From: Rhizodiscina lignyota
Lineage: Eukaryota
Assembly: GCA_010015805.1 (NCBI GenBank)
Contig: ML978130.1
Span: forward strand, 806,001 to 870,000
DNA: 64,000 nucleotides
Direction: 5' to 3'
A program made the translations under genes and the position numbers. The first letter of the stretch is position 1. Each line of letters begins with the position of its first letter. Below are positions 11,279 to 23,079 of this stretch, in pieces. The notes beneath the pieces were generated by a model. It worked only from the letters and a program-made list of their open reading frames with translations, made no database searches and was not told the DNA's origin.

Positions 11279-12598
11279 CTACCTCTTCTTCGAATTGACA
11301 TTTCGCCCACCCCCAATCCTTAGACGTCCTCCTTCTCTCCCCTCACTCCTCTTCCCAGAGACAATACTCGGCAAGAAATCCTCATCCATTAAGTCTCTTT
11401 GCTTCTGCCTTTTCTCCTGAGCCATTGCCCGTACGTACTCCTTCTGGTCCTCTGCTAGAATCAAATCATTTCCCCAGCCACCTTTTCCACCGCCCTGGAC
11501 TCGCCCATTCGCAGCTCCAGAAACAGGTTTCGGGACGCTGTATCGGTCGCCGCGCGTATTCCACTGCATGTTGCGTTTCAGGTGCAGCTTGAACTCTCCA
11601 TTGGAATTGGTACTGCACGCGACGCGAGTAAGAGCAGGTTGGCCACATCGAGGACAAAACTGCTTCGTCATGTCCTTTGTCGTCTGAAAGCAGGCGTGGC
11701 ACCGTAGAACGAATGTCTTCAGGTGCTTAACGCGCAGGAATGACGGTGAGAGAAGGTTGAGGTTTATCTGGAGGAGGACGTTCTGCATGGCAAAGTCGGT
11801 TGTCATGGTTGCGACTTGCATTGTCTTGGGTTCGGATTGTTGAGAGGTGTCTAGTGTTGATTCCTTGGTCTGATGGCGCTTGATATTTGACGGTGTTATC
11901 CAGCCTTCTGAGTCCGATGATTCAGATGCTTCGTGGCTCGGTGCAGAAACTTCGTTTTTCACGATAGGTGCGGGAGCCTCTGAAATATCTTGCTCTTCCT
12001 TTGCTATATCGATCTGCGAGACATCCTTCTGTAACCTCTCCACATCTAAGCCTTGCTCTTGCTCGGCATTCAAGCGTGCATCTGCACTGGACTGATTATC
12101 TTGAGGCTTATTTGATTCCGCGGTCGGCGCTGAGGTGTGAACCAGCTCCGTGCTTGTCTCTGAGACCGCTGTAGTCTCCTGTTGTTCACCTGACGCGAGT
12201 TCCTGCTCTTGCGCTTCTAGAGTAGCAGGTGGAGGTCCATTCGTCCTCTTCTGGCCCGGTACTTTTCTTAACCTCCAATCACCTCTGTTTCGCTCACATT
12301 CAAGTTCATAAGCCAATGCAAGAATCTGAATATCAGGCCTGCTTAACACTGCGAGGTCACCAGTCCGCCTGGCGAAGTCTTGGACAAATTGGATACTCTC
12401 TGGCCTTGGATTACGTAGTTCGAGAAATGGAATCAATGTCGTTTCTACCCGTGACCTTGTTGCTTCGTCCTTGATTTCAGTGATGACCGCCGGCGTCGTT
12501 ACAAGCTTCTCCGCCTTCAGGAGGAGACTCGATACAGTTGGCTCATTCTTTATGATCGGACCTGCATCAAGAACGATTGTGTGGACGGGCTTCTCCAT
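11279..12598 (-). CDS. NOB1: 20S pre-rRNA D-site endonuclease
   Basis: PIN domain (VLDAGP, TGDLAVLSRPDIQILAL), GWITPSN, TTDFAMQNV, zinc ribbon RCHACF...FCPRCG, LILAEDQKE. Confidence 0.95.
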   Translation of the reverse strand: MEKPVHTIVLDAGPIIKNEPTVSSLLLKAEKLVTTPAVITEIKDEATRSRVETTLIPFLELRNPRPESIQFVQDFARRTGDLAVLSRPDIQILALAYELECERNRGDWRLRKVPGQKRTNGPPPATLEAQEQELASGEQQETTAVSETSTELVHTSAPTAESNKPQDNQSSADARLNAEQEQGLDVERLQKDVSQIDIAKEEQDISEAPAPIVKNEVSAPSHEASESSDSEGWITPSNIKRHQTKESTLDTSQQSEPKTMQVATMTTDFAMQNVLLQINLNLLSPSFLRVKHLKTFVLRCHACFQTTKDMTKQFCPRCGQPALTRVACSTNSNGEFKLHLKRNMQWNTRGDRYSVPKPVSGAANGRVQGGGKGGWGNDLILAEDQKEYVRAMAQEKRQKQRDLMDEDFLPSIVSGKRSEGREGGRLRIGGGRNVNSKKR

Positions 12599-14945
12599 TT
12601 TCGTCGATAATAGGATTTTTGCGGCTTCTGCGGCTTGAATCCTAGCACTGTGGATGAAATTAGGTGCGCATTTCTCTGTTCAAATTTGTGGCTGGCTGCA
12701 CTCAAATTTCGGGTGTGGCGTTGATTTTTTTTTAAGGCGAAACTTTAGTGCCACCCGACGTGGGAACCCGACCTTCCAAACATAGTGTGGTCACGTGCGC
12801 ATGCCTTTGCAGTAAGGGTGAGGAGACCAAGATTGCTTGGCTTCATCTCCCTATTACTTCTACAGACACATCACCCTTTATAAACTTCGCCATCTACAAT
12901 CCTAAATCCGCCTCAGTGCTCTGTTCAACTCTGCTTCGTTGAGATGATATGTTAATGCTGATAGAACCTCCCGCGTACGCCATTTTGCTCCTTTTAGACC
13001 AGACCTCGTAGTTCGGCGCAACCAAATATCCCAGCACAGCCTCGAATGCCTGAGTACGCTGGCCTATCCGAGAGCTTATTTCCTGCGCAACCTGTACGGA
13101 ATGAGGAGCAGCCACCGCAAGGCCATAGGGTCTGGATTTTGCTCAAGGGCCATCAAGACAGGAGCTTTCAGCGCGCTTGTGGGACAGCCTCTAGGTCTGG
13201 ACCTGACGATACACGGTAGTCTTTAATGCGCATATTTGAATATTAGGAAACGTGGGAATGTTCGAATGCGGTTGAGAAGGGATTTTGTAGAGAGTGGCTT
13301 GCCTTGTCGGCCCTAGACTTACGACAGTCCGTCCGGCGACGTTGCTTCACAAGTACAGACTCAATGGAATCTTACGTTACTCACAGTCCTTCAAGCCTCT
13401 ATCAGAACACGAATCTCGACCCCTTCGAATCATCCCTTCCTTCCCTCCCGCTCTTCCTCGTGTCCGACCAGTATAGACAAAGAGATTTGGTTTGACCAAT
13501 ACATCACCAGCGAGGTGAGTGGGTCAGAAGGGCGGAAAGAGATGCATGTCCCCCACAGGTTGCACGGAATGATACACTATACTGCCGACAAAATTGTCTG
13601 TATCAAATCCCCCATGCTTAAGCTACGAACAGGAGAAGCATACCAAGGAAAGCAGTGACATTGAATAGTACGACATTCGGAATGCTACAATAACAAAACA
13701 GAATACCACCTTACGGAAAACTTATACGGAAAGACTGGATAAAAAGCTGGCTCTAAACAAGCGTTGACCTTCAGACTCGTTTACCAGCTAGGTGCACCAT
13801 TCGCACTTTGGTAGAGGTTATGAGGCGCTGTGGTTTATATGCGGAGCATTTCGTCCGCGGCAAATTTCGGTCGGCCATGGTTCACAAGGTACCAGAATAA
13901 GCAGGATAAGGACTAACCGTACCGACAACATAGCTCTGCCGACAATTAGGATCCGCTCTGACAGCACCAACAACTTCAGATGATGAGCATCATATCAGCA
14001 GATGCTCGTTTCTGGTCATTCTGGGCGCTTTTCTACCACTCTTCTCATCTTAGGGTCTGGCATCCGGCCCATCTGATCCTCTACTTCCCTGTATAGCGGT
14101 CCGGACGCTTCACAAGCTTCTATCTGCCTATACGTTCAATCTTCTGTTATGCTCCCTTTGGGTTGTCAGCATGTCTCTGATGGGTACGATACCCAGTGAA
14201 CTGGTACTACTGCTTTGCCGAATCCTTCGATTGCTTCTATGCATATCGCTAAAGCAGCCTTTTGCATCCCCGCCGGCTATTCCTTCTTGGTTAAGGTGGG
14301 TTCCAGAACTGTGCTATCTTCACCCTGTACGCTGCAGGGATTTTCAGTGGAATCCTGCATGCGGATGATCGCTTGGGTGAGCACGCTGGCCCTGCATACT
14401 AATGGTGTTGGACCAGTGTCGTACAAGCGTGGAGTTCGCGCAGCTCGCAGCCGCTTCGTCGTGGCGCGGGGTTCAAATAACGCCCGGTGAAGCTCGCAGC
14501 AGTCATGCGAAATCGGCCTTGCCGCCGAATGAGATGATTATTTGTGCAACATTGCCATCTCAATGTCCACCCCGATGACATGTTTCTCCAAGCTCATTCA
14601 CATTGAAGTCTTTTGGACCACTCTGCTCTGACAGATCGAATTGAGATGATGAATCCTGCTTGGACTGTCGGGCGCTATGCTATCATCTCGTGTTTTTTTT
14701 TCTATCGTCGATCCTGCCAACGCGGGTGTCAGTGTTGTCCATCATTCTCAATTATCTTTTTGAAGTCAATCCTTTGTCTTATAATTTGTGCCTTTCATTG
14801 AAATGCTTTTCCTTCGCGACATCTCATCACTCATCCAATCATTGCGATTTCTCGAGCCTTTCTGTCTCTCCATCCAGGTATACGCTTGCTCACCGGAGCC
14901 AATCAGATGGCGCAATCCGTATGACAGCTCCTCGAGTCTCACTCT

Positions 14946-16220
14946 TTACCCATTTTGGGCGTTTCGTATTAAATTCCCATGTTTGGGGATGCCAGATGGA
15001 TGCGAACCACTTTTCACCGGTGAAAGGCAACCGGGCAACGGACGGGGCGTGAATATTAGCGTGCAAGCTATGGGCCGTATGATCTGACAGCCAGGATCCT
15101 GCCAGCTTGTGATGTCAGTCAGCTGCTCTTTCTCTTGTTGCCCGGCTGTTCGCCCTGCAGCTCGGAGTCTGTTTCGAATCTCGTACAATAAGACGTTCAT
15201 GGTCTGCTCTTCTAGTATGCGAAAACCGCTGTCCGTTTCGACTCTCGATCGTGCGCATTCCCGTCGGTTATGGAGAGGTCCCGGGAGATCCCAACAGCTT
15301 GGGTCCACACTAAGCTCGCGTCTGCGCAAGCTGTCCTCTGTTTGGTCGACAGGAAAAAGCAAAATGCCTGTAATTCTCAATGGTCCACCTGGCGATTCGC
15401 GGCAATACGGCACTTCTTATACGTCCAGCTCTCCGAGCCTGCCAAAATGCGGCTCTGCTGCTGGGAGTAAACAGTCACGTGGAGGACCCGCTCTCCTTAT
15501 TATGTTTCTATTGAGACAGTACAAAGGATCTCCGAACGATTTGGGCCACCACTACAGCGATCTATCTGTTACCTTGATGTAGCTGGCTTGTCTGGATGCA
15601 TGCTGCACGAGGAGATGCGCTTGCCGTGATCCTTTGGACGCCAGAAGACCAAGATTACCATCTCTAACCGCTCTCTGGCTCACTTTACCGGCAGTAACCG
15701 TGCGACGGGAGTAACCGTGCAAATAGTCGACGCGGGACGAAAAGCCTGCCCTGGTGGCGGTGTAGGATTCCATGAGCGGCACAGGTGCAACACACAACCT
15801 CCCATACCTTGCCATCGGATCCGCACACGTGTAGCTATTCAAGCCCCTGGATCAAACGGAATTATACGAACTCTCGAGTTATTTCGTCGAGGAGCACAAA
15901 CAGACAAGGCAACAATCCGCGACGTGCATCTTGCCCGCCATGGGATGCCAGCATTTATCGACGTCATGCCAGCCAGATCCTTCGGGGATTCTCACATTCC
16001 CTGGCCATTTCAGTGCGCAGTAGTCTGCACCAGGAGCGGGGTAACGGAGCAGCAGCTCTGGGACCATCGCAATACAGTCCTCATAGTGGCCAGTCAAACG
16101 CCGGACCTGGGCTTGTTTGCTTTGTTGCGCAATCAGCCACGGCAAGCCCATCCGCGTAGTCGGGACGATGAGCGAGATTGATGATTTACGCTTCGTTGGT
16201 CGCTGCGCATGGTGCCAGCA
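14946..16220 (-). pseudogene. Possible decayed or multi-exon gene of unknown family
   Basis: One reading frame spans 425 codons with only 4 internal stops (15879, 15852, 15552, 15417); no recognisable domain. Confidence 0.25.
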
Positions 16221-16488
16221 CTATCACTACTACCCTCCGTGTCTGGCTGTATGCAGTCGCAGAGCCGCATCGAGCTCGGGAGAAGATAAAGCGTACAGCT
16301 TTATTGAATCGATTATAACCATGTCTTAAAGACCGCAGTAATTCGACAGCACAGCTTGCTGGGAGTCTAATTAAAATTCTCAACACTGAAAGAGCCCACA
16401 CAATGGTGAGGGTCGTGATTATGGTTTGCAAAATTATTGCAACGCTAATTGGACTTAGGCTGCTGAAAATGCACGAGGATTCTTCTTC

Positions 16489-17318
16489 ATGCTTGATCGC
16501 ATGATACCAAGCGGAGATGTGATGCCCCGCTACACATCACACGGAATCTGGATGCCACCTGTGGTGATGGGTGGCAATCGCAAGGAGCCCGGAGACACTA
16601 CGGGCGTGTTGTTCTACTTCGACGGCAATACTGTTCACCGATGGCAGCAATCCATTGAAGATCTGCAACTTACGCCCTATAGAGTCATGTCCTTCTACTA
16701 CGATCAAGGTCGCTTCTGGTGTGTTCCTTTCGATGCTACGACACAAACGATTGGGGGAAATGAGGATGACGATGAAGATGATGGAAACGACAATCACGCA
16801 CCAGATGCTTGGGGCCTTGTTGGGTTTCAGCATGAGTGGGACCCATCGCAGACGTACACCTCGTACATCATGCGGAATGGGTCTCAGCCAAGATTGATAT
16901 GCCAACGTCCTAGTCAACGCTGGCCTCGAACTCTACTTCCGCCGAATTTCCACAGCCAAGACTTCACTTCAGATGATTATGCACAGTATGGGGGAATGAT
17001 CGGGGAGCTGAACGTCATTATTGCTTTAATGGCTTTCAGTGTCAAGTCACATCGAGTGGAACAGACGCTACCGCAGTGCATGAGACAGGATCGCTGGCGA
17101 GGTCCAACCCTGGATACGGATAGTAATATCGGCCGAGGGTGTATGTTGCATCACTTACTACAACAGAAAACAATGCACGTAATAATTCATTCATAGGGAA
17201 GGATCAACGGGGCATCATCGTTCGCATTTGGACCGCCGCAGGCGCAGTCCTGAATATGAGGACATCGGAGGATCTCGCTTTATTCGAACGAGGCTACTAT
17301 GGAAAGATTTTGGCCTAG
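16489..17318 (+). CDS. Hypothetical protein, 2 exons (intron about 17141-17196)
   Basis: 235-aa ORF with protein-like composition; GTATGT...CATAG intron continues in frame to WKDQRGIIVRIW...GYYGKILA-stop. Confidence 0.7.
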
Positions 17319-17753
17319 ACAGAAATCCCTTTCTCTGACGATTTTACGAACCGACACAATACGTCTTTTCACGAGAGCCTTGACTGCTCGATATACGAAT
17401 GATTCGCGTCCTCCGCATACTAAGGTTATTTCTTGGAATGTTTTGCGAACCTCCTGCAAGTCTTCGCTTAACAATCTCCCAGCGAAGGTCTCTCGTCATA
17501 AATCGAAATTTTACATCACACAGTTGAGAATGACGAACACGAATACTTTTCATGAGTTTGTTGTACGTGCGAGAGTACACTTTGTGCAATGTTCGGGCTC
17601 TTTCTTGACTGTATTTAAACTGCTCGTTGGAATTTGAAATGTACACCAACTATTGCAGATGGATACATACTCCTAGACGCCCGCTCCATGACCGTCACCT
17701 GCATCGCTAGCTAATTCTGTTCATATCTGAGCCATTGTTTCAGCTCGTTCTGA

Positions 17754-19510
17754 TCATTGAACATCCGGTAATCTCACGGCGATATCGCCAGATTGGGTAA
17801 TATACCGTACCCAAGGTAAGGAAGGATATTGAAGCTATGACCAGAAGTCAGCGCATCAGTCAGAAAAAACAAGACCCTCGTTGCTTTTAGAAGCACATAT
17901 GCGATATGCGACATAAGGCTCGGGCCGTCCTGCACCGTCCTGCACGTCTTTACGGGCGCTAGCATATCGATCTTGCATTTGTTGGGTCGGGCGTAAAAGC
18001 TCTTACGCCCCATAAGGCTGGGGCTGCGCAGATCGGACCGGTGAAGCGAAATAGCGAAATACGAGAAGCGCACATACCTTCGGCTCAATAATTTTCAAGT
18101 ACCGCACCTGAATTCCGCTCGTTGTGAAATAGGGGATTTCGAACTTCACGCTGATCGGTCTCTTCGACTTCCCTCCTTGGCCGACACCGCCCATGCTCCC
18201 ACCGAAACCGCCCATCATACCACCGCCCTTCTCATCGTCGCCACGCACGGACGGCAGACCGAGCTCGGCGCGCATGAGAAACTCTTTGCCGCCACCGAAT
18301 TGCTTGATCTTCCAGACAATGGACGATGTCTCCGGTGCGTAGTGGACGGTACCGATGTTTGTGCGGAAGCGAGGGGTGTCGGCGTCCTCGGGGACTGGAA
18401 TCGAGATACTGACGTTATTTGCGGTACTTCGTCGCTTGAATTGTGCTTTTGCCTGTAACATAACTCAGTGATATGAATAAATCTCTTGCTGAAGGAGCAG
18501 TGCAATACCTTGAGCATGTACTCTATTCTGCTGCCGGAATGGCTCTCCACTATGCACTCGACCCAGATCAAAGGCTTGACTTGTGTATTTAACCGATAGC
18601 TCATGAGCTCAAATTCTCCGTCTGGTGGTATGAAGCTTATCGTTCTGTCGTTCTCGAAGCGTGATAGCCTCACGCATTGGTGAAATTTGACGTCTTCCAT
18701 TTCCACCGCCTTCCCTCTTGTGGCACGTCCGGTCGTCTCGAACATGGCCTTGTCGTTCAACCCTAACCGCAGCTCTGGCATGCCGGAAAGGTAGCACTTC
18801 ATCTTGACCGCGCCAAGAATTTCTGATCGTAATACATTTCCACTCGCGGAGACGAGGAGATTGAGGGATTCGATCACGTCGAGGAAGACTTCGTTCTTGC
18901 GGTAGCGGATGCCTTCGCTTCTCCAGCTGACGGCATTTGTGACTGCTATTGGTGGCCGTGCTTGAATCTCGAGCTTGTGAGACTCTTGGGTGATGTACTC
19001 TTGTAATATCTTGGTCTCTGTTGTCTGTGGATGTCCGAAATCCATCATCTCGTCCAACAACTCATAAATGATGACAAAATTGTCCCTTATACTCTCTTCT
19101 TCGAGCTCTTTGAAGTACTCTGTGAAGACTTCCACAATCTTATGAAGGAAAAGAAGGATTTCGGCGGCATTCGTGTTACGCTTTGTCAGAGCGAGGAGAT
19201 AAAGGTTATTGTGGCGGATGTAAAGATACTAAGATCATGTCAGTGTTCCATGCATAGTCAAAGGTCATTCTAGCCTAGAATCGTGACGTACATTGATGCC
19301 TTCATTCGAAAAACATGGTGGGACTGCGGAGCTCTCTTCCTCCGCTTCGCTTAGGAGGATAGGGAATTTCTCCACGGCGGACATAGGTATATCTCCTCTG
19401 TAGTTTCGGGCAAGAAGGGTCTATTCCACAGTGAGCATGCATTTTGGATTCGAATTCCTTGTCTGACAGACCTTGCCCTTGAGGTCGAGAAAGAAGATTG
19501 CCGAAGCCAT
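17754..19510 (-). CDS. APM1: AP-1 adaptor complex mu-1 subunit, multi-exon
   Basis: MASAIFFLDLKGK/TLLARNYRGDIP; EESIRDNFVIIYELLDEMMDFG; YRKNEVFLDVIES; FIPPDGEFELMSYR; last exon LQYPSLPWVRYITQSGD. Confidence 0.97.
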
Positions 19511-20592
19511 AGCGAGAGATGAGGATTGAAGTTCCAGAAGGAGGGGTATTGCGTCTCTCAGATGCTACGATCCTACCGCCACATTGTTGTTGAGTACGTC
19601 AGAAGCGCAGATATCAAGTTGCGAGCAACAGCTCTCGAATACCTGTGAGCGGGAACGTTACAATTGCGGCGCCTCGTATTAATCCTAAAGTTGGTTAGCG
19701 CAACGCCAAGCGAAAAATATCAAACATAAAAGCTTTCTCACCGCACTCGCCTCTTCTCCATCTACAATCACGCATCATTAGACAGTTCAGTACAGCAGCT
19801 AGTCTATTACTTCTTGTTTTAGTCCTGGCCCTTTCATTGCTGTCTTGCGATTCAGAGGTGCGGAGACCGAGTTGAACTCCATTAAGAACTGGCCGCGTAT
19901 CTTCGACCGTGTCGAGCTGATTGCGCGGGCGGTGTCAGAGGGGTCCTACATACTTTCCACATCGTATAATGCTATAAGGTCATTTCTGCGGCATCTTCTG
20001 TCCCTCTTCTGATCACTTTTCCTCTGCTGTGGCCTGTCGTATGCGCTTCACGGCGGACCGAGCCGAATTCGAACGTTGGGGCGAGTAGTTTGGACATCGG
20101 GGCGTTGCATGCGGAGGTCTATTGATAGGTGCATCATCAAGAGCCTGGCTAAGAAACCAGAGTAGAATTTACTTATTCTATAATTGACACAAGTACGTGC
20201 AGCACGATTCCTAATCGGCATGAACTCATCTCGCCTCAAATCGTGTCAGCAAGAAAGGATAAAGACCAGATCTATTCAAGTCGCTCATTCATTGTTCTTC
20301 ATGTGCTGTCTGCATCTCCGTGTTTATTTTCTAACCTCAGAAGACAGCAATCTTTTACCATATCCCTTGCTAGCTTTTGTATGAATAGGATATCTCTCTA
20401 ATTGAAAATTTTCGAACAGGAATCAACTGTCCTGCATTTCACTTCTTTCCGCTGAGCAATGACTCTGCGGACTCTTGATAACGAGCGTTCATTGCTCGCT
20501 CTTGCCTTCCAGTTGTGACTCTTGCTGTCGCAGCACCGGGCACGCCGTTCCATTAAGCACGGATCAATATTATTCTGCTTTGCGAAGGAAAT

Positions 20593-21235
20593 ATGGCACG
20601 ATCCACGGAGGCACCAGTTGATCAGAGAGACACGCCAGGAGCTCAGCAATCCATTGTCGCGGAACGCTCGGAACGTTGCATTGAAAACACACCTTTCCGC
20701 GGCTTCTTTCTCATTGCGCAGCCCTACTGGCCAAAGATCGAAAGATACTTAAGGGAGCACGACCTCGCATACGAGTACTTCCATGCAAGTTTCATCAATA
20801 CTTGCCATAAGCTCACTCCTCCACTTATGAAAGCAGGCCACAAGAAGGATTGGGAAGTTCGGATCTATGAGATCTTGCGAGAGTCTCCGGTTTCATCAAG
20901 CAAGTATGTGGAGGCCTTAGAGATATTCAGGCACGAGTGCGATCCTCCTCCATCTGAAATCGTTGGAGGACCGATCCGATTCACAGATGGTGAGTTGAAT
21001 ATCTCATATCCTTACTGCAGAGCTCGGTTAATACTTCGTGGCAGACCGTGCACACAAAGCCGCACAACTCGCATTGTATTCGAAGTTGTTCACACATGCG
21101 GAACGTGTAAAGCTCGCGCGGGAGAGGAAGGAGACTGAGACATTGGCCCTAGCTACGCTGGTAGATGCCCTCGACGACATCGAACGGCCGGTCGAGGAAC
21201 CTGTGCTTGCGAGTGATATGATGGACATGGACTGA
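20593..21235 (+). CDS. Hypothetical protein, 2 exons
   Basis: ATG-initiated ORF, GTGAGT donor near 20990 and CAG acceptor near 21043, in-frame second exon; no known motif. Confidence 0.55.
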
Positions 21236-21656
21236 TGAAGCCTTGGCCGTGCTTGCATTTATTCACCATGTGAGGATATATTATAGAGCAATAAAGCTAT
21301 CAAGCCAGGCACACACAGCCAGAAGAGGCTGTTCAGAGCGTACATACGAGCTATTCTCACCAAGCTGCAAAAGTTTCATCAAGCATCCACACACAACCAA
21401 ATAGATGGTTGATCATCAGGTGTGTTTGATAAGTTTTCATTCTCGTTCATGTATGGATACTTGTAATGTTGTTGGCTAATACAAGTAGGGCAGGAATGCT
21501 CCAACACCAAAGCAGCCAATTCCGGCAATTCCTCCTATGCCTCGCACATCAATCTTCGCAACTCCCGCACCACTCCAGCTCCAACTTGCTCACACTCAGT
21601 GTGTAGCGCCCTACACCTCTTGTGACCCTCCTGCTTATACCCGCTGTCTCTCCATC

Positions 21657-22523
21657 CTACTTCTCTCCTGCTTCAATGGCGCCCCAGTTGTACAGCTGCT
21701 CAAAGTAACGTTCCTCCTCATCCTCCTCGTCGGGAGCCGACACATCTCCTTTGTGGGTCCCCTTCAGCACGCTCTTGAGCTTCTCTGCGAAGTCATTCGT
21801 CATTCCACCACAGATCACGACATCTTGGAGCTTTCCTAACTCGACCAGGGGATCAAGAAGATGCTGGTACAGTTCCGGACCTTCGGCGAGCTCGTCGAAT
21901 CTGCGCGCCCGCATCCCAGTTGTGTTTGTGTCATAGCGAAGATCTCCGTAGCTGGTGAGCAGCGTGCAAAATCGAACCGTAAGCTTCTTGAGCTTGTTTT
22001 GTTGGCCTGTTAGGCGATGCACCAGTTTCTCGACGCTGACCGCAGCGTGGCGTCGCGGATAGGGTTCGTTGAGCCGAGATCTCACGACGAGGTTAAGCGA
22101 TTGGATACGAGAGAAGACTGTCTTGTCGCTCAGCGTCGCGAACGTATTGATGCATGAACCCAGGCTCCACAATGGAGACATCTTCGTGGATTCCCAGTTC
22201 GTCCCGATCCAGACATGGAATGTTGCGGCACCATAGACGAGATCTGTGACCTCTGCATGCGTATTACGATCGACTCGGGACAAGGCCAGAAGCTCTCGCA
22301 CGTCAGCACCGTGAAGCATCCAGTAGGCTTTGGCTTTGGCTTTGTTCTTCCTGGTCTGCGGATGGAATTCGGCGGTGCGGTGACACCAAATCTTGAAACT
22401 TTTGCATCTCTTGATAGCATCTTGAGGAACAACTTCGATATCGAGTTTCGGAGACATTCCTAACGCGAAGCGGTAGATCTCGAGTCGCATTTCTGCCGGC
22501 AGCGTAGGTAAAGTGGGAGCCAT
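21657..22523 (-). CDS. Hypothetical protein with N-terminal F-box-like motif
   Basis: MAPTLPTLPAEMRLEIYRFAL matches the LP.E.R..IY pattern; later LLALSRVDRNTHAEVTDLVYG is typical of these fungal families. Confidence 0.7.
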   Translation of the reverse strand: MAPTLPTLPAEMRLEIYRFALGMSPKLDIEVVPQDAIKRCKSFKIWCHRTAEFHPQTRKNKAKAKAYWMLHGADVRELLALSRVDRNTHAEVTDLVYGAATFHVWIGTNWESTKMSPLWSLGSCINTFATLSDKTVFSRIQSLNLVVRSRLNEPYPRRHAAVSVEKLVHRLTGQQNKLKKLTVRFCTLLTSYGDLRYDTNTTGMRARRFDELAEGPELYQHLLDPLVELGKLQDVVICGGMTNDFAEKLKSVLKGTHKGDVSAPDEEDEEERYFEQLYNWGAIEAGEK

Positions 22524-23079
22524 GCTGGAAGATTTGGAGGAACTGCTTCTGCTAACCTTTGCCTTGATGAAGGGAACGTGTTGACGAGTTTTCTGGGTTT
22601 TGCGAGAGCGATGAGGAAAGAATCTAACAGATACCATCTGCTGCAAAGCAAGAAGTATTGACTGTGAGTTCTGTGGGATAGTTGTACGTGAAAGGTAAAA
22701 GCTACTAAACGTTGGCGTAGGCAACAATAATAATATAGAATTCACACTGTGGCGTTTTTTGAAAGGCCCGTGCTCCAAACAATCCAAAACCGGAATACCC
22801 CTGTAACCCTTCCGCTCCGCAGCGAGCAGAGCTCAATTCAGAATTACTTTTTAACTGCATTGTAAACTGCGTTCTGAATTTTGAAAAACGCCAGGAACAT
22901 ACGAATGAGTGGATACACTGATTTCAAGTCCTCGAAACCAGGTCAAGAACACGAAATCCGAGCTAGAGGCGATCTTGGGGACGAAACGAATTTTTGATAT
23001 TGAGACTTCCCTCGATTAGATTGGTCTATTTTAATCAGGCTCCCTATTAAACGGCTTGTGGATGCCGCTAATGGGCCTT

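Noticed and set aside
14404..14490. tRNA-like stretch (TGGACCAGTG, GCCGC/GTGGC arm, GGTTCAAAT)
   Set aside because: T-stem has mismatches and no acceptor stem can be formed; not called without tRNAscan support
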